From Selaginella moellendorffii (taxonomy: Eukaryota > Plantae > Lycopodiophyta): DNA of 56,616 nucleotides. The stretch is from positions 140,845 to 197,460 of the forward strand of contig NW_003314266.1 of the NCBI RefSeq assembly GCF_000143415.4. The letters are read 5' to 3'. Under the pieces are notes generated by a model. That model saw only the letters and a program-made list of their open reading frames with translations. It did no database searches and had not been told where the DNA came from. The position numbers were made by a program, and so were the translations under genes. Below are positions 1 to 11,392 of this stretch, piece after piece. Within the stretch, counting starts at the first letter, position 1. Each line of letters opens with the position of its first letter.

Positions 1-179
1 ACTTTGGCAGCTGCTAAAAATCCTCTTTTGATGCTTCTTTATCCACTTTTTATAGTTTTATACCCAAATTTTCTTGTTTTCTCCTCTATGCCTCAATATT
101 TTAAACCTTTTTTTCTTTAAAGAAGGGGGTAGATTGGATGAAGGGGAGTTTAACCCTGGTGATCAAGTGAGGATAAAAG

Positions 180-880
180 GATATAATAATGGAGCAAGGA
201 CAAATGATAGAGATTATAGAGAGAGGACAGGTATAGCAAATTTGAATGGAATATTTAACTTAACATAATACATCCAATTGGATGTGATAGTGAAGTGAGG
301 CTAAATATAGATAATGGAGTCAAAACAAGCATAGTGAGTATCTAAACAAAGGTAATGTTTCATAACATTTTTTTCCTTTAAGAAGGGGATATAGAAGATA
401 TGAACAACAAACAAAGTGAGTCTAACCTCCCTTGTTTGGTGTTAGACGAGGACAAAGGTTGTGAATCTGAATTAACACAGGTTTTAAATGTTAATCAAAG
501 AAAAGACGCAAAGGTAAGTTGTAATAATGGTCGTAAGTTCAAATTAACAATAATATTGAAGGATAATCAATTAGAGGTCAAATTTATTAATTACTATAAT
601 GATGTTTTATGGGTTATAGTAGCTCTTAAATCCCTTGTTTCAATTTAAAGTTATAGCTTTGAGGTTAGTTTGAGTATTTGGTAGTTGTATATGGAGTTGC
701 AACTAGTTCATTAGGATTTTATAGTTAACTAACATTTGTGTTATAGCTTTTGGTTTTAATTCTATTATAGTTATCAGCAACTATATTGGTGGTTCTATAG
801 GAGCTTTAAATTCTTATATTAATCTATAATTGCCTAACACAAACTCTAAATGTTCCACCTAACTTATTATCCTCACCTTT
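180..880. repeat. AT-rich dispersed repeat, diverged direct copy of about 7240-7880
   Basis: Shared colinear segments such as ggagcaaggacaaatg (190 and 7247) and caaagaaaagacgcaaagg vs caaaagaaagatgcaaagg; no credible ORF. Confidence 0.6.
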
Positions 881-914
881 TTCTCATCCAAAGGCAAAGA
901 TAATATAAGGTTTA

Positions 915-954
915 TAGATATATATATATATATCTGTGTGTGTGTATATATATA
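915..954. repeat. (TA)n/(TG)n microsatellite left of the gypsy element
   Basis: tatatatata...tgtgtgtgtatatatata directly abuts the 5' LTR. Confidence 0.85.
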
Positions 955-1130
955 TGTGAGGGTCAAGTGTATAGCTACAATGCCATATACTAATATTAGT
1001 GTAGTGGAATTTTGGTAACCGTTGGATTGGTTTCAATTCGGACCATTCGCTCCTGTATATAAGCTAAGGTTTTTGGGGTAATTGATATGCACATTTTCTA
1101 TATTCCCTTTCTATATTCTAAGCACTCACA
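955..1130 (+). repeat. 5' LTR
   Basis: tgtgagggtcaagtgta...aagcactcaca, colinear with 5778-5953. Confidence 0.92.
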
Positions 1131-1131
1131 T

Positions 1132-1142
1132 TGGTGGAGATG
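1132..1142 (+). promoter_or_regulatory. Primer-binding site, probably tRNA-Ala
   Basis: tggtggagatg 1 nt after the LTR end; complementary to the ...CAUCUCCACCA 3' end typical of tRNA-Ala. Confidence 0.65.
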
Positions 1143-1480
1143 AGAGGCACGTTTCATTGTCCCTGAGGAGTGTTTGGATTTGGGATTTTGGTTTAAATTT
1201 AACTTTTGCATCATCTAGATTTAGCTTTTTCCATTTCCTTTCTTTTGTTCTTTTTTTTCAGGATTTTGGTTTAGATCTAGCTTTTTGCATTGTCTAGATC
1301 TCTATTTCCTTTTAGCTTTTTTTTTCATTTCTTTTCTTTTGCTCTTTCCTTTTCATTCATCTTCACGGCGGATCACCAATCTCCTCTTTTGACTCTAGAG
1401 CCGCAGTTGGTACAATTGCTTGATGTTATGCACTTGCAATTGAACAAAAACATCAAGCAATTGAACAACAAAACTCAGTT

Positions 1481-4400
1481 GATGGTGGCATTCACGGCAC
1501 GTGGTACAACTCCTCTTGCTCTTAGTGCCAATCCTTGTGTTCAGCCGGAGTTCTTTCATAGGAATCCTCGGGATGATGTGTACCATTGGTTCGATCACTT
1601 CATAATGATTGCTACATATCATTCTTGGGATGATGCTCGATGTTTGCGTGAGTTTCCTATATGTCTCCAAAGGACAGTGTTATAGTGGTACAATGGTTTG
1701 AGCGCAGCCACTCGTGGGGATTGGAGTGCTCTCCCGAACGTTTTCAAATGCGCATTCGAACATGGCAACAATTGTGATGATGCCTTCCAACAATTGCATC
1801 ATCTTTGCTAGGGGCCATCTGAGTCAGTGATGCAATTTAGCATTCGTTTCCAAAATCTTTTGTTTCGTCCAGAGCCTAATATGTCAGAGCGGATCAAGTT
1901 AGGAATGTTGTGGTTAGCACTTTGTTAAGATCTTGTCAGACTTGTGCATACATTTGCTTCCGTGACCCTTGACGATGCTCTTCGCTTGGCACAATGCTAT
2001 GAGACATCGCCTCTTCCACTCTTGCTGCCCGTCCTTCAGCTTTACTTCCTATGGGTGATGGTCTTGTTCCAATGGAGGTTGATGTTGTTGTTGCTCGAAT
2101 TCAAGGACAAGGGCGAGGCTGTGGTCATGGCTGTGATGTTCATTGTTGGGCATGTGATGAAGTTGATCACACTTATTGGCATTGTTGGTGTTTTCCAGAT
2201 TGGTAACCACCATTTCCTAGGTGGAGACCTTGGCATTAACAATGTCTTGTTGATGCTGTTGTAGTGGAAGGTTTGGACACCGAGATGCATTCGGGAAATG
2301 AGGAGTTGCGCAAGTAATGGAGGGACTTTATGCGAATAAGTCAGTGACCCCTCTGTCTTTCTTTCGGGAGTATCATCAAGGGGTTCACTCGGCACCGGTT
2401 CATCCAGTGTTTACTTTCCAAGCTCGTTTTTATAACAAGAGGTTTCTTATTATTCACTTCGTGTTGGTTGATACAAATATGAGTTTATCTTCTATTGCTC
2501 AATCTGTTACCTCACATTGCCATCTACACATGCATCGTGTAGCAGAACTAGTTTTAATTCTTTATGGCAATGGCTGTACATATGCATATGCATGGGATGA
2601 GGCAAACCTGGTTGTGCGTGTGGGTGATCTCGAGCTTGAGTTGCAGTCATTATGGGTGGTGCCAAATCAAGCTTTTGACCTCATCCTTGGTATAGATTGA
2701 TTGCAACACAATCATCCCAAGTGTGATTTTAAGGCTTCTCCCCCTCGTCTCATACTTTTTTATGTTTCATCCATTCCTTTTACTTCCGTACCTCTTTGTC
2801 CTTCTACTTTTACCTTTGCTTCCATTACTTTTGTCCCCCAACTCTTTCCTCTTGTGTTTCCATCTTGTTCTGCTCTTTCCTTTTCCGATCCCTCTGACAA
2901 TCTTTGTGTTGCAGCAGTTGATCGGCTCATGAAGGAGTATTCTAATCTCTTTGAGTTTGACCTATCATCTGGGGCCAAAATTGCCACACGTCATCTAATT
3001 CTAACTAAGGATGCACATCTAATCAAAGTTTTTGTTCGTCATCAGTCACCTAAAGAGATCAAGATTTTATGTGCCAACGTCAAAGAGATGTTGGAGAAGG
3101 GTGTTATTCAGAAGTCGTGGATTCCTTGGGGATGTGAACCTCATCTTGTGATGAAGCCTGATGGGAGTATTCATTTTTGCATTGACTATCGTCTGTTAAA
3201 CAAAGTGACAATCCTAGATGTGTACCCTCTTCCTCACACTACTGATCTCTTGGATCATTTGAGGCGAAGTTGTTGGTTCACCAAGCTCAATCTTGTTTCT
3301 GGGTACTGGCAAGTACCGATGGCCAAAAAAGATATTCATGAAACTACTTTTCATACACCATTTGGTTTGTACGAGTTCTTAATGATGTTATTTGGTTTGA
3401 ATAATGCTCTAGCAACTTTCTAGCAAATGATGGACGAGGTTCTTTGCAATATGCCGGAGGTGACTATTGATTTCATTGATGATGTCTTGATCCACTTAAA
3501 GGGGATATGGGAGGAGCACATTCATGATATTTGTAAAGTGTTGGATTGGTTACGGGACATTGGTTTAAAGTTGAAGCGGTTGAAGTGCATGTTTGGGTCC
3601 AAGGATACAACTTATCTTGGGTATTGTATTTCTCGTGAGGGTTTGCAAATTGATCCTGACAAACTTGTGGCTATTCTAAAGTTCCTTACTCCGAAGTGTG
3701 TAAATGATGTGCAGTGCTTCTTGGACAAGGTGTAGTATCTTAGTTGTTTTATGGATCATCTTTCAGATCGCACTACACTATTATGAGCATTGCTAAAGTC
3801 ATCAATGCCATCTTTCATTTGGTCTCCGAATTGTGAGCGGGCATTTGTGGATTTCAAAGAGCTATTGACGACTCCTTCAGTTTTGGCATATCCGAATTAC
3901 ACTCAACCTTTTATTTTGCGTATGGATGCTTCTAACATTGGTTTTGGAGGTGTGTTGATGCAAGAGAGCCCGAGTGTGCCTGGTTAGCACCATCCCATTG
4001 CATATATAAGCTGTACATTATAACCAGTGGAGGTGAACTACTCCACGAAAGAGAATGAGTGTTTAGCAGTAGTTTGGGGTTTCGAGAAACTTCATGCATA
4101 TCTACATGGTTCTTGGACGTTACTTGAAGGTGACCATGTTGCTGTTACTTCATTATTGAAGCGGAAGAACCTAGTTGGTCGTACTACTCGATGGGCTTTG
4201 AAGTTTCAGATATATAATTTTGATGTTGTTCATCGCCTAGGGAGTTCTATGGCTGATGCTAATGCCCTTTCTCGAGCTCTTCTTCCTTCTCCACTCTCTT
4301 TTCATGTTTTTGATGACCTATTGGTCCAGCATCTGTGGATTTTCTAGACGAAGATTCTATGCTGTCAGTAGTTGTTGTACTTGACGTTTAGTGTCCACAA

Positions 4401-5640
4401 AGTGCAGAGAAAGATCTACCTTCTTTTGATGAGATTCACGAGGCTCAAAAGATTGAGTTGTGGATTTGAAGGCTTTGTAATGGGGGTTGAAAATCTTGCA
4501 TCACTTGTTAATGATTTGCCTTTTCGACATTTAGATTCTCAATATCACTTTAAAGATGGCCTTCTTTATTTTGTGGGGACAGATTCTGATGATTATTTAC
4601 GGTTGGTAGTGCATTTTATCTTTATTTCACAGTTTCTCCATGCCTACCATGATTCTCCTATTCTAGATGGGCATATGAGACATCATCCTGTAACCGAGAA
4701 GCTGCCTAGGTTTTTTTATTGGCCAAAGATGCGACGTGATATTATTTAATATGTGCATAGCTATGTTTGGTGCCAAGCTTGTAATACTCCCCTCGTGCTA
4801 TGGAAGAACAATTAAAGTCAATCACAGTTTCCCGTCCATTTGAGTTTGTGATGTTTGATCTTATAGGACCTTTTCCATGGTTGACTGCTAGCAATGTGTA
4901 TGTTATTATTGCTTCTGACCACTTGATTTATTGGGTGGAAGTTGATGCTCTTGCTAGTGCCTTTAAAACTGTTGTTGGATACTTCCTTCTCAATCAAGTG
5001 GTGTTCCAGCATTCTTGTCCAGAGCATATTCTTTTGGATAATGGCCTTGTATTTATGGCTGAGGCATTTCATGTTTTGATGTCTCGGTTGAGGATACGCC
5101 ACACTTTCACAAGTGTTTATCATCCATAATCAAACGGTCTAGTGGAATGGCTTGTTCAGACGTTCAAAGGGATGATCGTAAAGTATGTGAACTTTCAGCA
5201 TTCAGATTGGGATGGTTATTTGTCATCTCTTCGGTATGCATATGTCACAGGGGTGCAAAGTTCTATTGGTGCTTCACTATATAAAATTTTATGTGGTCAT
5301 GATCCAATATTACCAATGGAGCTAGGTTTACCTTCACAATTGCTACGAGCTACCAATGCTAGGTTGTGGGATCAATATTTTACGAGTATTCTTTCATTTG
5401 TTCGAATAGAATCTATTAAACACTTAGGCCACGTACAAGTGGGACAATAACGATGCTACAACTCCCATCATCATCCATTTGTGGAATACAAAGTGGATGA
5501 CTTGGTGTTAGTCCAGGCTCCTTGCTCAGTGGAAAGGATTGTATCGGGTATTGCGGCAAGTTGGACCACAAGTTTATGATTTTTGGCATGACATTCAGCA
5601 GACTGATCCTTTAGAGATTGTACATGTGTAGTAGTTGAAA
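1481..5640 (+). pseudogene. gag-pol pseudogene with many stops and frameshifts
   Basis: Zinc knuckle CWACDEVDHTYWHC (about 2144-2185); protease-like VLVDT and DLILGID; RT CIDYRLLNK, YPLP, LVSGYWQV, FIDDVLI; RNase H DASNIGFGGVL, KENECLAVVW; integrase FDLIGP, DNG, YHP. Confidence 0.92.
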
Positions 5641-5762
5641 CACTTCATACAAAGGGATCAGGAGCTATTAATACCACCTACAAATCCATCAATGCATCCT
5701 CTTGATGTTCCTCCAGATCCCGGCCCATCTACAAGAAAACTTTAATAGTCTTCCATTATTCT

Positions 5763-5777
5763 AAGAGGAGAGAATGA
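5763..5777 (+). promoter_or_regulatory. Polypurine tract
   Basis: aagaggagagaatga immediately before the 3' LTR. Confidence 0.75.
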
Positions 5778-5953
5778 TGTGAGAGCCAAGTGTACAGCTA
5801 TAATGTTGTATATTAATATTAACATAATGGGATTTTGGTAGCTGTCAGATTTGTTTCAATTCGGACCACTCGCTCCTATATATATACTAGGGTTTTTAGG
5901 CTAATTGATATGCATATTTTCTGTATTCACTTTGCATATTCCAAGCACTCACA
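5778..5953 (+). repeat. 3' LTR
   Basis: tgtgagagccaagtgta...aagcactcaca, 176 bp. Confidence 0.92.
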
Positions 5954-6041
5954 CATATATGTATATATGTATGTATGTATGTATGTATATATATATGTGT
6001 ATGTGTATGTATATGTATATGTATATATATATATGTATATA
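5954..6041. repeat. (TA)n/(TATG)n microsatellite right of the gypsy element
   Basis: catatatgtatatatgtatgtatg... run. Confidence 0.85.
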
Positions 6042-6528
6042 TGCCTAGATAATACACAAATTATAGTACTATAACATATACCATCCATTTAGAGTTGAAT
6101 CTAGTCCATCTAAAAAGAGAGGTTTAAACCCAATTAATATATATATTCCTATATCCCAAAAATTCATATTAGTGAAGATGAGAAGCACTACAATTTATTT
6201 TTAGAGGGCAGAATTTTTTAACAATGCTTTAATCAATATTTAGGATTATGTTTTTACTTTTATTCTACCATTCTTCCTTTCTTCTCTAAATATGTTATAA
6301 CTTTTTGTTAGATCTAGAATTATAGCTATTCAATATATTCTTCCTTTCTATCTTTATTGCATTACCTTCTTTTGCTTCTTGTTTGTAGTATTTATTTTGG
6401 CACATCAGTCATTTGGGATTCTTATGATTCTCATTCTCATTTGTAATATTTATTTTCACACATCGGTCATTTGTGATTCTTATGATTCTCATTCTTAATC
6501 CAATGTTAAGTTGAGTGTTTTCTATTTT

Positions 6529-6722
6529 TATAAGCTCTTAAATTTAAACTTCTCAAGAGGTCACCCACCATAATATTACACAAACCTAGAGACACGTAAC
6601 TTCAAATAACCCTAAACCTTTAATCGATTGGAAAAAAGGTGCACTATTATTCATGTGCCCTTTCCCTTCATATTTAAACTTTTATAAATTATTTCTTGAG
6701 TTTTTCCCTTTGGTTGTTTACA
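6529..6722 (-). mobile_element. 194-bp solo LTR with a 5S rRNA-derived segment (Cassandra-like TRIM)
   Basis: Minus strand tgtaaac...gcttata; same length as and homologous to 46570-46763; contains tgggtgacctcttgagaagt, like the 5S C-box region. Confidence 0.75.
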
Positions 6723-8001
6723 TCTTCTTCATATTAATATAAATGTTAAATATGTGTGTGAAGTTGAGAATCTTGTTTTTGTTTTATTAGTAGAGTCTTT
6801 AATTAGTTATATTCTTAATTATTCCTTTATTCCAATTGTTGAGTCACTTTTGCTAGAGTTTTATCCCCATTTGTAAATGTTGCTAAAAACCTTTGTTTTA
6901 CCATTGCTCATGAAGAATTTATGTGTTCTCTTGAGAGTGAACATTTAAATTAATTTTTTCGTCTCAAGTATTGAATTATTTGTTAAAGAGGCTGAGCAAT
7001 GAAAATCTTTTATATATCTTATAGTGGCCGACATATTTTATAATAGAAGATACTATATTCACCAAGCTTTAAACATATTTTCTTATTTTTACTTCCTTAT
7101 TTTTGCTTTGTCAATTGTTGAAAAATCCTTTTCCAATGCTTCTTTATCCACAATTTATTCTCCTATAATGTTTCTTTCTCAAACTTTCTATTCTTTGCCT
7201 TTACTCTTCAAACTTTTTTTTCCTTTGGAGAAGTAATTACAATAGTGGAGCAAGGACAAATGGTATAGATTCTGGAATGGGGAGCATAAAGAGTCTAAAT
7301 ATAATATTTAGCCCTAACATAGTGAGGTAAAATAGATATAATAATGGAGTGAGGCGAATATATGATAAGTGTAAAGAATTTGAATAAAGCTGGTGCTATA
7401 GAACTTTTTTTTCTTCAAGGAAGGGATAAAAAGGATATAAAGAATAAATAGAGTGAGTTTAACTTCCCATATATGATATTAAATGAAGACAAAGATCATG
7501 AGTTTAAGTTAATACAAATCTTGAATGTTGACCAAAAGAAAGATGCAAAGGCAAATTTTGCTGATAATTGTGAGTCCGAGTTAGTAATGGTCTTGGAGGA
7601 TGGTTGGTGGGTGAACTAAGAGGCAAGATGTATCATTTATTGTAGTAATAATGTTTTACAAACTGTAATGGCTCTCAAAGTTTTTTATTTCAAAGTTATA
7701 ATTTCAAGATTGGTTTGAGTGTTTAGCAGTTATACACAGAATTGTAATTAGTTCATCAAGATTTTATAATGAACTAATGTTAATGATATTTTGTTTCTAT
7801 CATGGTTGTCAACAATTAAGCTAGTGGTTTCACAAAAACTTTAGATTTTTGTGGCAATCTATAAGTGCTCGGCAAAAGCTCTATGATTTATTATCATTAC
7901 CTTTAAATTTCATCTTCATGGAGGGTAAGGTCTATAAATAAATAATATGTATACCCTACTAAGTAAGTAGCCAGCTCATTGTCGCCCTTTTTCTTGAGTC
8001 C

Positions 8002-8101
8002 NNNNNNNNNNNNNNNNNNNNNNNNNNNNNNNNNNNNNNNNNNNNNNNNNNNNNNNNNNNNNNNNNNNNNNNNNNNNNNNNNNNNNNNNNNNNNNNNNNN
8101 N
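8002..8101. other. Assembly gap (100 N)
   Basis: N run. Confidence 1.
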
Positions 8102-8789
8102 AGCATTCATAATATATACCACTACCATTCATTATTTAATAAATAATTAAATAAATATAAAATATTAATATAAAGAAAAATACATTTCTACCAATCAAAA
8201 TATATGTTGAATAATATTAGTAACTAATATAAAAGAGTGGGATCTCCTTGATAAACTTTAAGTGCATGATGTTAACAAAGTATAAATTGGTTTTGAAAGT
8301 TTCAAATGCAATATTTCTCAGCAAAACAGTCATGCACTATAAAAACTTATAAAACTTATAAAACTTTAAACATAAAAACAATCTTACTACCTATGATTTT
8401 GAGTTGGTAATTGATAATAAATAGTTAAGGATATAATTAATCAAGGAGGGGTTAAGCCCTTCCAGAAAGCTCTTGGTTTGTTCAGGTATCTTTAAAAGTT
8501 CCCAAAGGTTTTCATTTACAAGATTTTAAATTTTGAACATCATTCTATGTTGAACCAATATCTTCTAGCAGTTCAAGGTCTTTTTCTACTTTAATACACA
8601 TAATTTTCCAGAAAAACGCTAAAAATTAATCTTGATAAAAATGCAAGCGAATCCATATTTAGATTTTAGCAGGAGGAGCCTGTCCGATCTCATCGTCCAA
8701 ATGTATGGCATGGAAAGTGCGGAAGCAGAGGTCACCTTCTAATCCATCAAAGATCCCAATCTCTTCTCTCCATCTCGGTGGATCAAGCA

Positions 8790-8990
8790 CGCAACATGGT
8801 GCTGTGGAACATAATGCAGACTGGGGATATCGTTGAGGCCATGAAAAATTTCCGGGATATTCCTTCCAAGGATGCAGTATCATGGAGCGAGATCGTTGGA
8901 GCAAGATCGTCCAAGGGCACACACACCTGGGGATCTGGGTGTGCTGCCAATGCCACAACTAAGAAGCATCCTAGTGAGGACGTTTGGTCG
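8790..8990 (+). pseudogene. PLS-type PPR gene remnant
   Basis: RNMVLWNIM-TGDIVEAMKNFRDIPSKDAVSWSEIVGA resembles the PPR pattern G.+.EA...F..+P.+D.VSW..++.A; frameshifted. Confidence 0.6.
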
Positions 8991-9200
8991 TTATAGATCT
9001 TCCAAGAATCTCATCTTCTTGGTTGCACCGGAACTCAACCTTCCAAATCTTCCGGATAGATCTTCAAATTCTTTGCAAGATAAATTATTCATAAATGATA
9101 TAAATTATTGTTAATATAGTTATTAGATAGTTTCACTTTGCAATGATCGATGGATGAGAAAGGCCATACAAGTCTAGTAGGTGATCGTCCTAGACCCTCT

Positions 9201-9207
9201 TTATAAA
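9201..9207 (+). promoter_or_regulatory. TATA box of germin copy 1, now displaced 11.8 kb by the MULE
   Basis: ttataaa in ctctttataaacccctctcg, the same context as the uninterrupted promoter at 28541-28560. Confidence 0.65.
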
Positions 9208-9218
9208 CCCCTCTCGAC

Positions 9219-9267
9219 GGGGATGGTCCAAAGTTGAGTTGAGCTCATGAGTTGAGCTCAATTCAAC
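9219..9267 (+). repeat. Left TIR and subterminal repeat
   Basis: ggggatggtccaaagttgag aligns ungapped with the reverse complement of the right end (gggcgcggaccatacttgag); followed by ttgagctcatgagttgagctcaatt. Confidence 0.8.
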
Positions 9268-9574
9268 ACAAGTCAACTCAAGTCAACATAGTCAATAAGA
9301 AATATTACAAAGGAGATCTAAATTGAACAAATGAAGGTTCTAGCAAACTTTAAAATATTAAAATATGTAAATATCTAAGTTAAAAGTTTCTATAAGATTG
9401 AATTGTTTAAAAAAGACAAAGTTCATGAGAACCTATTTTTTATAAAACTATATTATTTTATTATGACAACTGTTACAGCTGTCATATTTGATTTGACTAC
9501 TTAATATTTTGAATACTTTTACAGCTGTAGATACTATTCCTTCATTCAAAAGAGTTTTTAGGGTTCTTGAGAAG

Positions 9575-9823
9575 ATGGGAAGCAAGGAAAATACAAGATC
9601 TGTGAGTAAGAGTTGTAGTGCAAAGGAATGTGAGAATGTTAATTTTGTTTCACTACCACAATCTCCATATTACACTCCTGGTCCTTATTACCCATCTGGG
9701 AATGTGGAGACCACTATCACGATTGATAAAAATGCTCCTGTTACTTCTGAAACAACAGTCCAGAGCAAGAGAAATGAAGAAATGAACAGCACAGCGGAAA
9801 GCACCAAGAAATCTACTCCATAA
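9575..9823 (+). CDS. Possible 82-aa Ser/Thr-rich element ORF
   Basis: ATG-initiated ORF MGSKENTRS... in an AT-rich background; no recognisable motif. Confidence 0.3.
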   Translation: MGSKENTRSVSKSCSAKECENVNFVSLPQSPYYTPGPYYPSGNVETTITIDKNAPVTSETTVQSKRNEEMNSTAESTKKSTP

Positions 9824-10288
9824 AACTTTCTATGACATTTGTAATTTACATATTAATTCATATTAAAAACTCTATTGCTTGCCTATATCGCAATGATAAG
9901 ACCAAGGTATATTTTGCAGTGAATCCTCATTAAAAGTTTTTGGGAATTGTTTGTAAATAATGATAAAAGAAATCAAAATCTTTCGAAAGACTCAAAAGTA
10001 ATATCACATCAAAGAATCAACTTTATCTACACTTCCAAGACTAAAAGGCAATCTCACATGAGAGAATGGTAGCGTGCCAACGTGCTCTACCACTATAATG
10101 TGGTCTATATTTCCTTGCAATTTATTTCCGTAGACATTTGGCATGTGTAGAAAAGAATATATGTGTAGCAAAGTAGGATTCATCATAATGATAGAGCATG
10201 TGTATACACGATAATCTAAAATTCTAGAAGCTCTTATGTTTACAAGAAAGCTATGATTATGAAGCCCCATTTCCAAGACTGACATTTA

Positions 10289-10430
10289 AAGAATTTGAGT
10301 ATTGTCAGTGTCATAATAAATAAACCTCATTCCCAAGAATCTGAGTAATGTCAGTGTCATAATAAATAAACCTCGTTCCCAAGAATCTGAGTATTGTCAG
10401 TGTCATAATAAATAAACCGCATTCCCAAGA
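10289..10430 (+). repeat. 46-bp tandem repeat, about 3 copies
   Basis: aagaat(t/c)tgagta(t/a)tgtcagtgtcataataaataaacc...ttccc starting at 10289, 10335 and 10381. Confidence 0.92.
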
Positions 10431-10518
10431 CTAAAACTCAGTATATAAACTATCTAGAAAAGTTATAGTCATTGTAGGTTTTTTGTTCTCCTTGAGCTCC
10501 TTAGAAGTTTATATTGAA

Positions 10519-11064
10519 ATGGCTCAAAGGAGACCCATTGCTAATCGTACTTGGCCCCCCAGCATTTCATATCAATCTCCACCTCCATCCCCAAGTTCTA
10601 CCAACATTCCACCTTCACCTCTACGTAACAATCCTTTTTCTGCTGAGGGCTCTAGTGAAGCTGAATTAGAGCTCCCTATATGTGAAATTCCGGATCTTGC
10701 TACTAGAGAGGGATTGCCTTTAGCGCTTCAAGAGCAATGCCACATGTTTTTGCAAGATCTTGCTCCTGACATGGCAGGACTACTTGAAAGCACAGAACGC
10801 TATTACATTCGGTGTCCAATATGCTACTTTTTCTTGGACAAGACAAATGGCTCTATGGGTTTACAAACTTTTCTTGAGCATTGTAAGAATTGCCCAACGG
10901 CAGGTCTGGAAAATGTGCACATGTGGATGTACAATAGATTCAAGAATAAGTTACAGACACATACCCACTATCGCTTTATGGTGAGGAACAACATCCCCTT
11001 GGGAAACACTACATTGGCTAGTGCAAAATATGGGGTTTTTAGGCCACCCTATAGTGGAATGTAA
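10519..11064 (+). CDS. 181-aa element-encoded putative Zn-binding protein (CPIC...HC...H...TH.HY)
   Basis: Intact single-exon ORF with a Pro/Ser-rich N-terminus; tatataaa at about 10442; similar to ORF 20030-20482. Confidence 0.7.
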   Translation: MAQRRPIANRTWPPSISYQSPPPSPSSTNIPPSPLRNNPFSAEGSSEAELELPICEIPDLATREGLPLALQEQCHMFLQDLAPDMAGLLESTERYYIRCPICYFFLDKTNGSMGLQTFLEHCKNCPTAGLENVHMWMYNRFKNKLQTHTHYRFMVRNNIPLGNTTLASAKYGVFRPPYSGM

Positions 11065-11276
11065 GATCTAGAATTACTTTACTATACTATAGTATTGTCA
11101 CTATTAAAATAAAAAATATAATAAAATGATATTAGTTGTAGGTAACATACCTTGTTCTAGAAGGTGCTATCATATCACATACAATTGTTTACAAAATGTT
11201 GAAGGAGGAGATGGCAACACACAAACGCTACAAAGTGATGGTGACAGGTGAGAATGATAATCTATAATTATGGTAT

Positions 11277-11358
11277 CTGACACTGACATTGACATTTGAC
11301 AATTTTACTGACATCTGACACTTTCACTGACATCTGACACTTTCACTGACATCTAACA
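11277..11358. repeat. Array of (C)TGACA motifs
   Basis: ctgacactgacattgacatttgacaa...ctgacatctgacactttcactgacatctgacactttcactgacatc. Confidence 0.85.
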
Positions 11359-11392
11359 TATAACAAGCTTTCCATTTTATGTAAGGATGCAA

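Larger units (their letters stand above)
955..5953 (+). mobile_element. Full-length but decayed Ty3/gypsy LTR retrotransposon
   Basis: 176-bp LTRs with TG...CA ends at 955-1130 and 5778-5953, PBS, PPT, and pol domain order PR-RT-RH-INT. Confidence 0.93.

Noticed and set aside
10289-10430. CRISPR-like array
   Set aside because: The units are contiguous with no unique spacers, there are no cas genes, and the context is eukaryotic.
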